NCBI GenBank assembly: GCA_046075565.1 | Contig: JBJTQJ010000031.1 | Coordinates: 1-64,000 of the forward strand | Origin: Verrucomicrobiales bacterium | GTDB lineage: Bacteria; Verrucomicrobiota; Verrucomicrobiia; Verrucomicrobiales; SLCJ01 | Direction: 5' to 3' | Length of the DNA stretch: 64,000 nt | Shown: piece by piece, positions 21,226-31,299 of the stretch | Layout of the letters: each line of letters starts with the position of its first letter | How positions within the stretch are numbered: the stretch's first letter is position 1 | Notes under the pieces: generated by a model | The model's input: only the letters and a program-made list of their open reading frames with translations | Told to the model about the DNA's origin: nothing | Database searches by the model: none | Program-made: the position numbers and the translations under genes

Positions 21226-21459
21226 ATGAACGACCACTACCACGAGCGCCATGACGAGCCGCTGCATACGGAAAAAATCATGACCGATCGCAAAGTTTAC
21301 TTCATTGATTTGAAGGAAAACGCCCGCGGCAAATTCGTGAAGATTACGGAAGACGTGCGGGGCCGCCGTGATACCATCCTTCTGCCCTGCGAGGCATTGG
21401 AAGAGTTTATCAATGCTTTGCAGAATGTCCGCCAGGCCTACCTCGATCACGAGGGTTGA
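21226..21459 (+). CDS. PUR-repeat (DUF3276/PurA-like) single-stranded nucleic-acid-binding protein
   Basis: KVYFIDLKENARGKFVKITE...RDTILLP...LEEF is the PUR repeat pattern. Confidence 0.85.
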   Translation: MNDHYHERHDEPLHTEKIMTDRKVYFIDLKENARGKFVKITEDVRGRRDTILLPCEALEEFINALQNVRQAYLDHEG

Positions 21460-21538
21460 AACGCAGGGCAGCGCGCGGGTAGCTGCGGGCGCGGACGGGA
21501 ACGATGAGATGAACGAGTAGCGGTCAACCGGAAGCGCC

Positions 21539-23386
21539 ATGGGGAGGATTCACATCATGACCGATACCCTGGCCAGCCAAGTGGCGGCCGGGGAAGTGGT
21601 CGAGCGGCCGGAGTCCGTGGTGCGCGAACTGTTGGACAACGCGATCGACGCGGGAGCGCGTCGTATTGAAGTGCGGGTGGAAAAGGGCGGGTCTTCGCTG
21701 ATCGCATTGACCGACGATGGACAAGGTATGGGCCGCGATGATGCGGTGCTGGCTTTGGAAAGGCATGCGACCAGCAAATTGCAGCGCATCGAAGATTTGC
21801 AGTCGCTGCGCACGATGGGATTCCGCGGCGAAGCGCTGCCCAGTATCGCGAGCGTGAGCCGCTTCACGATGCGCACCCGCGAGCACGGTTCGGTTTCAGG
21901 AACACGGGTGGAAGTGGAGGGCGGTGTTGTGCGCATGGTGCGCGAAGATGGCTGCGCACCGGGGACGAGCGTGGAGGTGCGGAGTTTGTTTTTCAATGTG
22001 CCAGCGCGCCGGAAATTCCTGCGCGGCATTGCCACCGAGTTTGGTCATGTCGAACATCGCGTGCGTTTGATGGCGGCAGCACATCCATCCGTCGGGTTTA
22101 CCCTCTTTCACGATGGCCGCGAGGTTCTGCGGGTGGCTCCCGGTCAGGATTTGCGCGGACGTTCGCGGGAACTGCTCGGGAGCGAACTGGGAAGAAAGCT
22201 GCTGGATGTGGAAATGGAAACCAGTCGGGGCAGAGTGGAAGGCATGTGCAGTCCACCAGGACTCGCGCGTCCGACACGACGGATGATCCACTTTTTTGTG
22301 AACCGTCGGCCGGTGGAAAGTGCCATCCTGCGCTCTGCGGTGGCCGATGCTTATGCGGGGCTGATCGAGCGTGGAACACATCCAGCCTGTGTGTTGTTTC
22401 TTGATTTGGATCCGGGGGACTGTGATATCAATGTCCACCCGGCGAAAAGAGAGATCCGCTTCCGCGATCCCGGATTCGTGCAAGATTTGTTGCGGGAGGC
22501 ACTGGAGTCGGCAGTGCGCCGTCCCGCACCAAACAATTCCGCGCCTCGTGAACGAGCGGTTCTTCCCCCTGAGGCCTCGGACGAAAGTGAGGACAAACTC
22601 GTTTTGCCTCAAGCCGTCGAATCCAGAGGAACAGAAAGCAGCGTCGAAATCCCGAGGGATGCTCCGAAGGGAATTGCTCCTAAGGAGACCAAAGCCGACA
22701 TGCTTCCCGGTCAGGCAACTTGGGAAGCGCCCGTTACTCCATCATTACCCGAACCGCAGGAAATCGCCGGGCTTTTCCCCGAGAGCGTGGACGCGCGCGG
22801 CCCGGTAGGGTTGGCCTCAGCCGTGCATTTGGGGGCCGTGCTCGGTTCCTATGAGATCTTCGCGCTGGATGACGGATTGCTGCTGATGGAACGCCGCGCC
22901 GCGGTAGAGAGGATTCTTTTCGAGTGGCTGACCGCCCATCGTGGCGAGGCTGATGCCAGCCAAGGGTTGTTGATTCCGATTCCCCTGAGTCTGGCACCCC
23001 AGGAAATGGAGGAAATCGAGCCCCATCTGCCGGCCTTGCGGGATCTCGGGATTGGGGTCGAGCCATTCGGTCCGAGAACTCTTCTGCTCACCTCCCTGCC
23101 AACTTTGGTCCAATCGGAGGATCCGGGGGCCTTGGCCCGTCTGGTTCTCGGGGGCGTACGGGCGGCGGCACAGGGAAAACGCGGGCCCCTTGAGCGCCGG
23201 GCTCTGTTGGCCGTGGTGAGTCGCGAATTGGCTGGCGGGGGCCGAGCACTCCCGGAATTTGGCAGTGGACCGGAATTATTGCGGCGTTTGCTGGCCTGTG
23301 AGATGCCTTATTGCTGCCCCCGCGGGCGGGCGACCCTCTCTCAATTGAGCCGGGGCGACCTCGCCAGACGCTTTGGTTTGGCCTAA
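21539..23386 (+). CDS. mutL: DNA mismatch repair endonuclease MutL
   Basis: QVAAGEVVERP, ELLDNAIDA, RHATSK, MGFRGEALPSI, DINVHPAKREIRF, CPRGR. Confidence 0.96.
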   Translation: MGRIHIMTDTLASQVAAGEVVERPESVVRELLDNAIDAGARRIEVRVEKGGSSLIALTDDGQGMGRDDAVLALERHATSKLQRIEDLQSLRTMGFRGEALPSIASVSRFTMRTREHGSVSGTRVEVEGGVVRMVREDGCAPGTSVEVRSLFFNVPARRKFLRGIATEFGHVEHRVRLMAAAHPSVGFTLFHDGREVLRVAPGQDLRGRSRELLGSELGRKLLDVEMETSRGRVEGMCSPPGLARPTRRMIHFFVNRRPVESAILRSAVADAYAGLIERGTHPACVLFLDLDPGDCDINVHPAKREIRFRDPGFVQDLLREALESAVRRPAPNNSAPRERAVLPPEASDESEDKLVLPQAVESRGTESSVEIPRDAPKGIAPKETKADMLPGQATWEAPVTPSLPEPQEIAGLFPESVDARGPVGLASAVHLGAVLGSYEIFALDDGLLLMERRAAVERILFEWLTAHRGEADASQGLLIPIPLSLAPQEMEEIEPHLPALRDLGIGVEPFGPRTLLLTSLPTLVQSEDPGALARLVLGGVRAAAQGKRGPLERRALLAVVSRELAGGGRALPEFGSGPELLRRLLACEMPYCCPRGRATLSQLSRGDLARRFGLA

Positions 23387-23582
23387 AAATTACGGTTTGG
23401 CGTGAAAATTTGCGCTTTTTTGAGAAAATTCGCTTTTTTCAGAACAATTTCTGGTAATTTTGAAATATCTCTGTAAATTTGTCTCCATAGGGAAAAACTG
23501 GGGCCGTAAAGACAATAGCGGCACCCTGATTCTCGAACCACTACCAATACCCTCAGCCTCTACAGCCCTCACCGCACTCATT

Positions 23583-24146
23583 ATGAAAGATCTGGAATCC
23601 AAGGACATGCCCGACCTTCTGACCGTTAAGGAAACTTCGCAGTATTTGCGGATCCCTCTCCCCACGGTCTACTATCTGGTCCAGCGCGGGCAGTTGCCAG
23701 CCGTGCAAATCGGTGGTCGCTGGCGGATCAAACGCGATCTTCTCGACCGCGATGTGTTGCGCAAGGACCAAGCCCAGCGCCAATCGGTGCTGGTGGTGGA
23801 CGACGACGTCGCCCTGCAGGCCCTTTTCCGGGAGTTTCTCCGTCGCGGTGGGCTGAATGGAACCGTGGTGGGCACGGCCAAGGAAGCCATCGAACTCTTC
23901 CCCCGTCAGAATTTCAGCCTCGCCATCCTCGACCTCCATTTGCCCGACACGCCGGGGGACGAACTCTACCTCCGCCTCCAGGAAATCAACCCGGAGGTGC
24001 CGATCATCATCGTGACCGGCTACCCGGACAGCGAAATGCTCAATCGGATCCTGGTGAACGGCCCGGTCACCGTGCTGCGCAAGCCGGTGGATTTCGAACA
24101 GCTGACCGCCATCATCAAGCGCATGGGGCGTCCGGCGGCGGTCTGA
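23583..24146 (+). CDS. Excisionase-type HTH (HTH_17) fused to a response-regulator receiver domain
   Basis: LLTVKETSQYLRI...LPAVQIGGRWRI, followed by VLVVDDD, ILDLHLPD (phospho-Asp), IVTGY, LRKP. Confidence 0.88.
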   Translation: MKDLESKDMPDLLTVKETSQYLRIPLPTVYYLVQRGQLPAVQIGGRWRIKRDLLDRDVLRKDQAQRQSVLVVDDDVALQALFREFLRRGGLNGTVVGTAKEAIELFPRQNFSLAILDLHLPDTPGDELYLRLQEINPEVPIIIVTGYPDSEMLNRILVNGPVTVLRKPVDFEQLTAIIKRMGRPAAV

Positions 24147-24225
24147 CCCGGCGTGGCGGAATCTCTTGTCCTTGGCGGACAATTGGCGTTGCCTTTTCCC
24201 CTTCCTGCCTAGAGTTGGGGAACGC

Positions 24226-25101
24226 ATGAAGAAGATTTACATTGATGGTCGGCTCCTGGCCGAGGACGAGGCGAAGATCTCCGTGTTTGACCACGGACTG
24301 CTTTACGGGGACGGGGTCTTCGAAGGTATCCGGTATTACAACGGACGCGTGTTCAAACTCGATGAACACATTGATCGGCTTTACGCTTCGGCGCAGGCCA
24401 TCTTGCTCACGGTTCCCTTGTCTCGCGATGAGATGATCGAGGCGACGCTGGAGACCCTCCGCGCCAACGGTTTGGAAGACGGTTACATCCGTCTCATGGT
24501 CACGCGGGGGGTGGGTAGCCTCGGCCTTAATCCTTACCAGTGTCCCAAGGCGTCGGTGATCATCATCGCCTCGGCCATCAGCCTCTATCCGGCGGAGTGT
24601 TATGAGAAAGGTCTCGTGCTCGCGACCTGTGCCACCCGCCGGCCTCCGCCCGGGGCTTTGTCTCCGCAGGTCAAGTCCCTCAACTATCTGAACAATGTCA
24701 TGGCCAAGATCGAAGCGATCCAGGCCGGTGGCCAGGAAGGGTTGATGCTCAACGAACAGGGATTCGTGGCGGAATGCACGGGGGACAATCTTTTCGTGAT
24801 CAAAAACGGCCGCATCACCACCCCGCCCGTCACCGCGGGGGCGCTAGATGGCATCACACGCCGCGTGATATTCGACATCGGTGCCGAACTCGGCATCCCC
24901 GTGGTCGAGGAAATGATGACACGCTACGAGGTCTTCACCGCCGACGAATGTTTTCTCACCGGGACAGCCGCCGAGGTGGTGCCCGTCGTAAAGTTGGATC
25001 AGCGGACCATCGGAACCGGGCAACCGGGCCCGATTACCCGGCGAGTTATCACCCGATTCCGGGAGTTGACCGCCACCACCGGCACGCCCATCCATTCCTA
25101 G
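24226..25101 (+). CDS. ilvE: Branched-chain amino acid aminotransferase
   Basis: DHGLLYGDGVFEGIR, VKSLNYLNN, ECTGDNLF, LDGITR, FLTGTAAEV. Confidence 0.95.
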   Translation: MKKIYIDGRLLAEDEAKISVFDHGLLYGDGVFEGIRYYNGRVFKLDEHIDRLYASAQAILLTVPLSRDEMIEATLETLRANGLEDGYIRLMVTRGVGSLGLNPYQCPKASVIIIASAISLYPAECYEKGLVLATCATRRPPPGALSPQVKSLNYLNNVMAKIEAIQAGGQEGLMLNEQGFVAECTGDNLFVIKNGRITTPPVTAGALDGITRRVIFDIGAELGIPVVEEMMTRYEVFTADECFLTGTAAEVVPVVKLDQRTIGTGQPGPITRRVITRFRELTATTGTPIHS

Positions 25102-25106
25102 ACTCC

Positions 25107-25619
25107 ATGGAATCCATCCCTTGCGACCTTTGTTCCGAAAAAGCCACCGTGTATTTTACCCAGATCATCGATGGGAAAATGCAGAAAGTGAACTTGTGTG
25201 AAAAGTGCGCGAAGGAAAAAGGAGTCACCGATCCAACCGGATTCGCCCTTGCCGATTTGCTCTTTGGCATCGGCCAACAGCAGAAGGTCGGTCGTCCCCC
25301 GGGGCGGCGAGCCGAGAGCTGCCCGCAATGCGGGCTGACGGCGGAGCAGCTCAAAAAGACAGGGCGTGTCGGCTGTCCGAAGTGTTACGAGGTCTTTTCC
25401 GATAGCCTCTCCTCCATTCTCAAGGCCATGCACAAGGGTCTTTGCCACCACGGCAAGGTGCCGAGCCGATGGGTTGAGTCGCGCGAACGCTCCTTGCGCT
25501 TGCGCGACCTGAAGGCCGCTTTGGATCAAGCGGTGGCCGAGGAACGTTATGAAGATGCGGCGACTTTCCGCGACAACATCCAGGCCATGGAACAACCCGC
25601 TGGCGAAAAGCAACCCTGA
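25107..25619 (+). CDS. mcsA: McsA-like activator (CxxC motifs plus UVR domain)
   Basis: CDLC, CEKC, CPQC, GRVGCPKCY, H-GKVP, AVAEERYEDAATFRDNI; directly upstream of mcsB. Confidence 0.9.
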   Translation: MESIPCDLCSEKATVYFTQIIDGKMQKVNLCEKCAKEKGVTDPTGFALADLLFGIGQQQKVGRPPGRRAESCPQCGLTAEQLKKTGRVGCPKCYEVFSDSLSSILKAMHKGLCHHGKVPSRWVESRERSLRLRDLKAALDQAVAEERYEDAATFRDNIQAMEQPAGEKQP

Positions 25620-25632
25620 CCCATTCTGCCCC

Positions 25633-26775
25633 ATGATGCGCTTCGCCACCATTCTTAAAAATCCGGCCCGTTGGATGCTCGGCCCGGAAGTCCACCCGCA
25701 GGTCGTGGTTTCCAGCCGCATCCGCCTCGCCCGCAACCTCGCCGACGCTTCTTTTCCCGGCCGCGCCGTCGTGGAAGAGCGCCGCCGCGTGCTTGACCGG
25801 GTTTTTCCCGCCCTCGAATCCCTCGGGGAAATGCGGGACGCTTTCGCCCGTCCACTCGACGAACTGAATGCCGTCGAAAAAAAAGTCCTCGTGGAAAGGC
25901 ACCTGATCAGCCGTGAACAGGCGGGCAATGCCTCCGGCAGCGGCGTGGTGATCAATCGCGCGCAGAGTCTTTCAATCATGGTCAATGAGGAAGACCATCT
26001 GCGCATGCAAGCGATGTTCCCGGGCTTGGCCCTTCATCCCGCCCACGCCGCGCTTGACGCGGTGGACACCGCCCTCGAAGAGAAGCTCGATTTCGCCTTC
26101 GACGACAAACTCGGATTCCTGACCAGCTGCCCGAGCAACGTCGGCACGGGGCTGCGCGCCTCGGTCATGGTCCATCTTCCCGGCCTCGTGCTCAGCGATC
26201 AAGTCAACAAGGTCGTGGCCGCGGTGAACAAGATCGGGCTGGCCGTGCGCGGATTGTTCGGGGAGGGCAGCGAAGCCCAGAGCAACCTTTTCCAGGTTTC
26301 CAACCAGACCACCCTCGGCGAATCGGAATCGGACATCATCGACCGCTTGACCAAGGTGATCGAACAGGTCATCTCGAGCGAACTCAACGCCCGGGCCAAA
26401 CTCCTGGAAGACAAACCCGGCATCCTTTGCGACCACATCGGGCGCGCCTACGGCATTTTGCGCCACAGCCGCATCATCGACACCAAGGAAGCCCTCAATC
26501 ATTTGTCCATGCTGCGCCTCGGCATGGATCTTGGCTTCTTACCTGCTTTACCGAACGGTGACTCCATCGAACTCCTGCTCATGGACATCCAGCCCGCCCA
26601 CCTCCAATGGCAGAGCCGCTCCAAATTGACCCCCGAACAACGGGATGGCTTGCGTTCCTGCATTTTGAGGGAAAGATTGAGCTTGCTTCCCGAGCCGGAA
26701 ATCCGTCATCCTTCCTTCAATGGCACCGACGAACCCCCCTCCGACGTAGAGTCAAACCAACCCGAAGATTCATGA
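25633..26775 (+). CDS. mcsB: Protein arginine kinase
   Basis: [59 protein letters not shown]. Confidence 0.94.
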   Translation: MMRFATILKNPARWMLGPEVHPQVVVSSRIRLARNLADASFPGRAVVEERRRVLDRVFPALESLGEMRDAFARPLDELNAVEKKVLVERHLISREQAGNASGSGVVINRAQSLSIMVNEEDHLRMQAMFPGLALHPAHAALDAVDTALEEKLDFAFDDKLGFLTSCPSNVGTGLRASVMVHLPGLVLSDQVNKVVAAVNKIGLAVRGLFGEGSEAQSNLFQVSNQTTLGESESDIIDRLTKVIEQVISSELNARAKLLEDKPGILCDHIGRAYGILRHSRIIDTKEALNHLSMLRLGMDLGFLPALPNGDSIELLLMDIQPAHLQWQSRSKLTPEQRDGLRSCILRERLSLLPEPEIRHPSFNGTDEPPSDVESNQPEDS

Positions 26776-29309
26776 GCAATTTTACACCCCGCGCCCAACA
26801 GGTCCTCGCCTTGGCCCGCAAAGAGGCCGACCGCTTCAATCACAATTATGTTGGCACCGAGCACCTCCTGCTCGGTCTCATCAAACTCGGCCAAGGAGTC
26901 GCCGTCAACGTGCTCCAGCGCCTCAATCTCGACCTCGATACCGTCCGTATGGAAGTCGAGAAACACGTCGGCACCGGCCCCGAGACGAAAATGGCCGGCA
27001 ATATCCCTTACACGCCCCGCGTGAAAAAGGTCCTCGCCCTCGCGGGCAAGGAGGCCAAGGCTCTCAACCATTCCTATGTCGGAACCGAACACATCCTGCT
27101 CGGTTTGCTCCGCGAAGGCGAGGGCGTGGCCGCGCGCGTGCTGGAAAGCCTGAATGTCGATATCGACCGCGCCCGTCAGGAAATCCTCAAGGAATTGGAT
27201 CCGAATTTCTCCGGTTCCGGCAACCAGCCATCCGACGACGAAGACGAACCTTCCGGCGGTGAAGAAAACGAGGAACGACAGCAAAGCGGCCCCGGCGGCA
27301 AAAAGGAGAACAAAACTCCCGCCCTCAAGGCTTTCGGCCGCGATCTCACCGAACTGGCGCGCGAATCCGGTCTCGATCCCGTCATTGGACGCACCAGCGA
27401 GATTGAACGGGTCATCCAGATCCTCTGCCGGCGCACCAAGAACAATCCCGTGCTCATCGGTGAGGCCGGTGTTGGCAAAACCGCCATCGTCGAAGGCCTC
27501 GCCCAGGAAATCGCCTCCGGCAATGTTCCGGAAATCCTCCGCGACAAAAAGGTCATTACCCTCGATCTCGCCCTCATGGTCGCGGGCACGAAATACCGCG
27601 GGCAATTCGAAGAACGCATCAAGGCGGTGATGGACGAAATCCGCCGCTCCAAGAATGTCATTCTTTTCATCGACGAGCTTCACACCATCGTTGGAGCAGG
27701 CTCTGCCGAAGGAGCCATGGATGCCTCGAACATCATCAAGCCATCCCTCAGCCGCGGCGAACTCCAGTGTATCGGAGCGACTACCCTGAACGAATACCGC
27801 AAGTATATCGAGAAGGACGCCGCCCTCGAACGCCGCTTCCAGCAGGTGAAAGTGGATGAACCGTCGGTCGCCGACGCCATCCTCATCCTCCAGGGGTTGA
27901 AAGGTAAATACGAGCTGCACCACAAGGCGAAATACACCGACGCCGCTATCGAAGGCGCGGTCAAACTTTCCGAGCGTTATCTGAGCAGCCGCTATTTGCC
28001 CGACAAGGCCATCGATATCATGGATGAAGCCGGCTCCAAGGCCCGCATTGGCAGCCTGACCCGCCCGCCCGCCATCAAGGACATCGAGGCCGAGATCGAG
28101 AAGATCAATGCCGACAAGTCCTCCGCCATCAAAGAGCAGGACTTCGAGAAAGCCGCCTCGCTCCGCGACGCGGAAAAGAATGCCAAAACGCGCCTCGATG
28201 ATGTGCTGAAAAAATGGCGCGCCGACAGCGAGGAAAAAGTCGTGGTTGTCGACGAAGAGGACATCATGGCCGTGGTTTCCAAGTGGACCGGCGTGCCGCT
28301 CCGCCGCATGGAGGAACAGGAAACGAAACGCCTGCTCCGCATGGAGGAGGAACTCAAGGACAAGGTCATCGGCCAGAACGAAGCCGTCACCGCCATCTCC
28401 AAAGCCCTGCGCCGCAGCCGCGCCGACCTCAAGGACCCCCGCCGCCCCATCGGTTCGTTCATTTTCCTCGGCCCCACCGGCGTCGGGAAAACTTTCCTCG
28501 CCCGCAATCTGGCGGAATTCATGTTTGGCGATCCGGATGCTCTCATCCAAATCGACATGTCGGAATACATGGAGAAATTCACCTCCAGCCGTCTCATTGG
28601 TTCTCCTCCGGGTTACGTCGGTTATGAAGAGGGTGGACAACTCTCGGAAGCGGTTCGCCGCCGTCCGTATTCGGTTGTGCTTTTCGATGAGATCGAGAAA
28701 GCCCACCCCGATGTGATGAACCTGCTTCTCCAGATCCTGGAGGAAGGCACTATCACCGACTCGCTCGGGCGCAAGATCGATTTCCGCAATACAATCATCA
28801 TCATGACCTCGAATGTCGGGGCCGAACTCATCAAGAAACAAAACACCATGGGCTTCGGCGCTCTCGGCGGTTCCGCCGAAGGGGATGCAAACTACGATGT
28901 GATGAAGGAGAAACTGACCGAACAGGCGAAGAAGGTCTTCAAACCGGAATTCCTCAACCGCCTCGACGACCTCATCGTTTTCCACATGCTCGAAAAACCG
29001 GATCTCGAGCGCATCGTCGATCTCGAAGTTTCGAAGGTCACCGCCCGCGTCAAGAACAAGGGCATCACCCTCGAACTTACCTCGGAAGCGCGCGAAGTCG
29101 TCATCGAACAAGGTTATGACCCGAGCTATGGCGCCCGTCCGATGCGCCGGGCTGTCGAGCGACTCATGGAAGACCCGCTGGCCGAACATCTGCTGCGCGG
29201 CGACATCCACGAAGGCGACACCGTCGAAATACGCCGCGGCGACAACGGAAAATCACTGAGCTTCCACGTCAAGAGTCCGCAAGGCCCCGCTCCCGCCAAT
29301 CAGGGGTGA
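26772..29309 (+). CDS. clpC: ATP-dependent Clp protease ATP-binding subunit ClpC
   Basis: Two Clp-N repeats (GTEHLLLG), Walker A motifs GEAGVGKT and [12 protein letters not shown]-domain, MGF ClpP-binding loop; ATGA overlap with mcsB. Confidence 0.96.
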   Translation: MSNFTPRAQQVLALARKEADRFNHNYVGTEHLLLGLIKLGQGVAVNVLQRLNLDLDTVRMEVEKHVGTGPETKMAGNIPYTPRVKKVLALAGKEAKALNHSYVGTEHILLGLLREGEGVAARVLESLNVDIDRARQEILKELDPNFSGSGNQPSDDEDEPSGGEENEERQQSGPGGKKENKTPALKAFGRDLTELARESGLDPVIGRTSEIERVIQILCRRTKNNPVLIGEAGVGKTAIVEGLAQEIASGNVPEILRDKKVITLDLALMVAGTKYRGQFEERIKAVMDEIRRSKNVILFIDELHTIVGAGSAEGAMDASNIIKPSLSRGELQCIGATTLNEYRKYIEKDAALERRFQQVKVDEPSVADAILILQGLKGKYELHHKAKYTDAAIEGAVKLSERYLSSRYLPDKAIDIMDEAGSKARIGSLTRPPAIKDIEAEIEKINADKSSAIKEQDFEKAASLRDAEKNAKTRLDDVLKKWRADSEEKVVVVDEEDIMAVVSKWTGVPLRRMEEQETKRLLRMEEELKDKVIGQNEAVTAISKALRRSRADLKDPRRPIGSFIFLGPTGVGKTFLARNLAEFMFGDPDALIQIDMSEYMEKFTSSRLIGSPPGYVGYEEGGQLSEAVRRRPYSVVLFDEIEKAHPDVMNLLLQILEEGTITDSLGRKIDFRNTIIIMTSNVGAELIKKQNTMGFGALGGSAEGDANYDVMKEKLTEQAKKVFKPEFLNRLDDLIVFHMLEKPDLERIVDLEVSKVTARVKNKGITLELTSEAREVVIEQGYDPSYGARPMRRAVERLMEDPLAEHLLRGDIHEGDTVEIRRGDNGKSLSFHVKSPQGPAPANQG

Positions 29310-29319
29310 GGCGGGGGAT

Positions 29320-29498
29320 ATGGTGAAAGGCGTGAAACCGGGCGACCGGGTGGTGTGATAGGCATCGGCGGGCTCGGTAATTTGGCCGTCCAGTTTCTGG
29401 CCAAATGGGGATGCCATGTGACCGCTTTCACATCCATGGCGGCGAAGGCGAAAGAGGCCATGGCACTCAGGGCCACCGATATGCTGGACAGCAGGGGC
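29320..29498 (+). pseudogene. Remnant of a Zn-dependent (Ahr/CAD-like) alcohol dehydrogenase
   Basis: [12 protein letters not shown] then, after a frameshift, [27 protein letters not shown]...[14 protein letters not shown]. Confidence 0.75.
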
Positions 29499-29555
29499 AG
29501 CGCTCCGACAATCACGAGGAATTCAAAGACAACCATCCAGTTCATGGGGGATAGG

Positions 29556-31070
29556 TTATTGCACGGGTGCCATGAGGCGGGAGGCGCGGATGGCGAAGCG
29601 CGACCAGAAACCTCGGCTCTGCACTTCCTCCGCCCGCACAAGGCGCGAATCACTGAGATCCTTTTCCAGCATTTTCCGCACCTGATCGGTGAATCCCCGG
29701 TCGTGGATGGCGATGGTGATTTCGAAGTTCAGGCGGAAGGAGCGGTTGTCAAAATTCGCCGTGCCGATGGTGCAGCCCTCGTCGTCGATGAGCATGACCT
29801 TCTGGTGCATGAAGCCTTTCTGGTGGCGGTAGAATTTGATGCCGACACGTTCCAATTCCTCCACATAAGACCAACCGGAAAGTTCCACCATTTTGTTATC
29901 CGATTTGTCCGGCACGATCACCCGCACATCCACGCCTCGCAGGGCGGCCAGTTGCAGCGCGCTGATGAATTGCTCGTCGGGCACGAAATACGGGCTGGAG
30001 ATCCAGAGCCGGGTCTTGGCCGAAGCAATGGCGTGCAAATTGAAGAGGGTGCAGGTCTCGAGGGGATCATCCGGCCCTGAAGGCAGGCACATGATGTCCA
30101 TCGAAGCGCCGCTGGCGGCAGGTTTGGGATCAAAATTGAGGTCCGGCATGGTGCCGGTCGCCCAATTCCAGTCTTCCGCGAAAGCGATTTGCACGCTATC
30201 GACCACCGGGCCCTCGAGTTTCACATGGGTGTCGCGCCAGGCCCCGACTTTGGGATCCTTGCCAAGGTATTCGTCGCCGACATTGTGGCCGCCAACCCAT
30301 GCGACCAGGCCATCGACGACCACGATCTTGCGATGGTTGCGGAAGTTGAGTTGGAACCGGTTGGTCGATCCCTTCGTGCTATTGAATGGCACAATCTCTG
30401 CCCCGCAAGCCTTGAAATCCGGACCCCAGACTTTGGCGATGTTGCCACTCCCGATCTCATCGTAAAGCACGCGCACTTTGATTCCTTCCCTCGCGCGAGC
30501 GAGCAGACGATCTTTCAATTGTTTCCCGATGTCGTCGTCGTGCAGGATGTAGAACTGAACGAGCACGTATTCCTTGGCTTGATCGATGCCTTCGAAAATC
30601 GATCGGAAGGTGGCTTCCCCATCGATGAGCAACTCCGCGTCGTTTTTGGTGGTGAATGGGAGCTTGGCCAGTTTTTCGACGAGCAGCGCTCGATCACGAG
30701 CTGGTTGGGCTATCAGTTCGCGCTCGACCAGCTTGCGCATGTATTCCTCGGAGCGTCCCGCAACCTTGGCTCGCTCGGTGCGGCGGGCCGAGACATATCC
30801 CTCGAATTTGCTGCGCCCGAAGCCCCAATAGGCGGGCACGGAGACGACTGGAAAAGTATTGAGCGAAATCGCCCAAGCGATGGCACCCTGGGCAGTGCGC
30901 GTTTCCATGATGGCCCGCACGGAGGTCAACGCTCCCGGGATATGGGCCAGGATAAAGAAGAGCGACATAACCATACGTTTGTGACGAGCCGTCCAGGCCG
31001 CCAGCCGGCCAATGATGGGAACTCGGAGGATAAAACCAGTAAAACGGCGGGGAATCGCGAGCGGATTCAC
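29556..31070 (-). CDS. cls: Cardiolipin synthase
   Basis: Two HKD motifs ([21 protein letters not shown]), N-terminal TM hairpin, [15 protein letters not shown]; start uncertain. Confidence 0.93.
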   Translation of the reverse strand: MNPLAIPRRFTGFILRVPIIGRLAAWTARHKRMVMSLFFILAHIPGALTSVRAIMETRTAQGAIAWAISLNTFPVVSVPAYWGFGRSKFEGYVSARRTERAKVAGRSEEYMRKLVERELIAQPARDRALLVEKLAKLPFTTKNDAELLIDGEATFRSIFEGIDQAKEYVLVQFYILHDDDIGKQLKDRLLARAREGIKVRVLYDEIGSGNIAKVWGPDFKACGAEIVPFNSTKGSTNRFQLNFRNHRKIVVVDGLVAWVGGHNVGDEYLGKDPKVGAWRDTHVKLEGPVVDSVQIAFAEDWNWATGTMPDLNFDPKPAASGASMDIMCLPSGPDDPLETCTLFNLHAIASAKTRLWISSPYFVPDEQFISALQLAALRGVDVRVIVPDKSDNKMVELSGWSYVEELERVGIKFYRHQKGFMHQKVMLIDDEGCTIGTANFDNRSFRLNFEITIAIHDRGFTDQVRKMLEKDLSDSRLVRAEEVQSRGFWSRFAIRASRLMAPVQ

Positions 31071-31299
31071 AGGCGGATAAGTCTGTTTTAGAGTGGAATC
31101 ACTAGTCGAAGCACGGGTCCATGGCAAGCGGCCTCTCTGCCACGAACGATTCCGGCCTAAAGAGACCATGTGAAAAAGCCGACTATCGCGTTCCCGTGCG
31201 ATTTTTGAGTCCGGATTGCGCTGGCAGACGAATTATTTCCACGACCGGATAATTTTTAAACCTCCCATGTTCGGTCTTCATCAAAACCACCCCCCAACC

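Noticed and set aside
23398-23413. Sigma-54 promoter TGGCGTGAAAATTTGC
   Set aside because: GG-to-GC spacing is 11 nt, not the required 10
23583-23760. Prophage/ICE excisionase
   Set aside because: The HTH is fused to a receiver domain, and no integrase or att-like context is present
26706-29210. 834-aa minus-strand ORF
   Set aside because: Antisense shadow of clpC
29355-30080. 241-aa ORF starting IGIGGLG
   Set aside because: Only the first ~48 codons are an ADH remnant; the rest is antisense to cls
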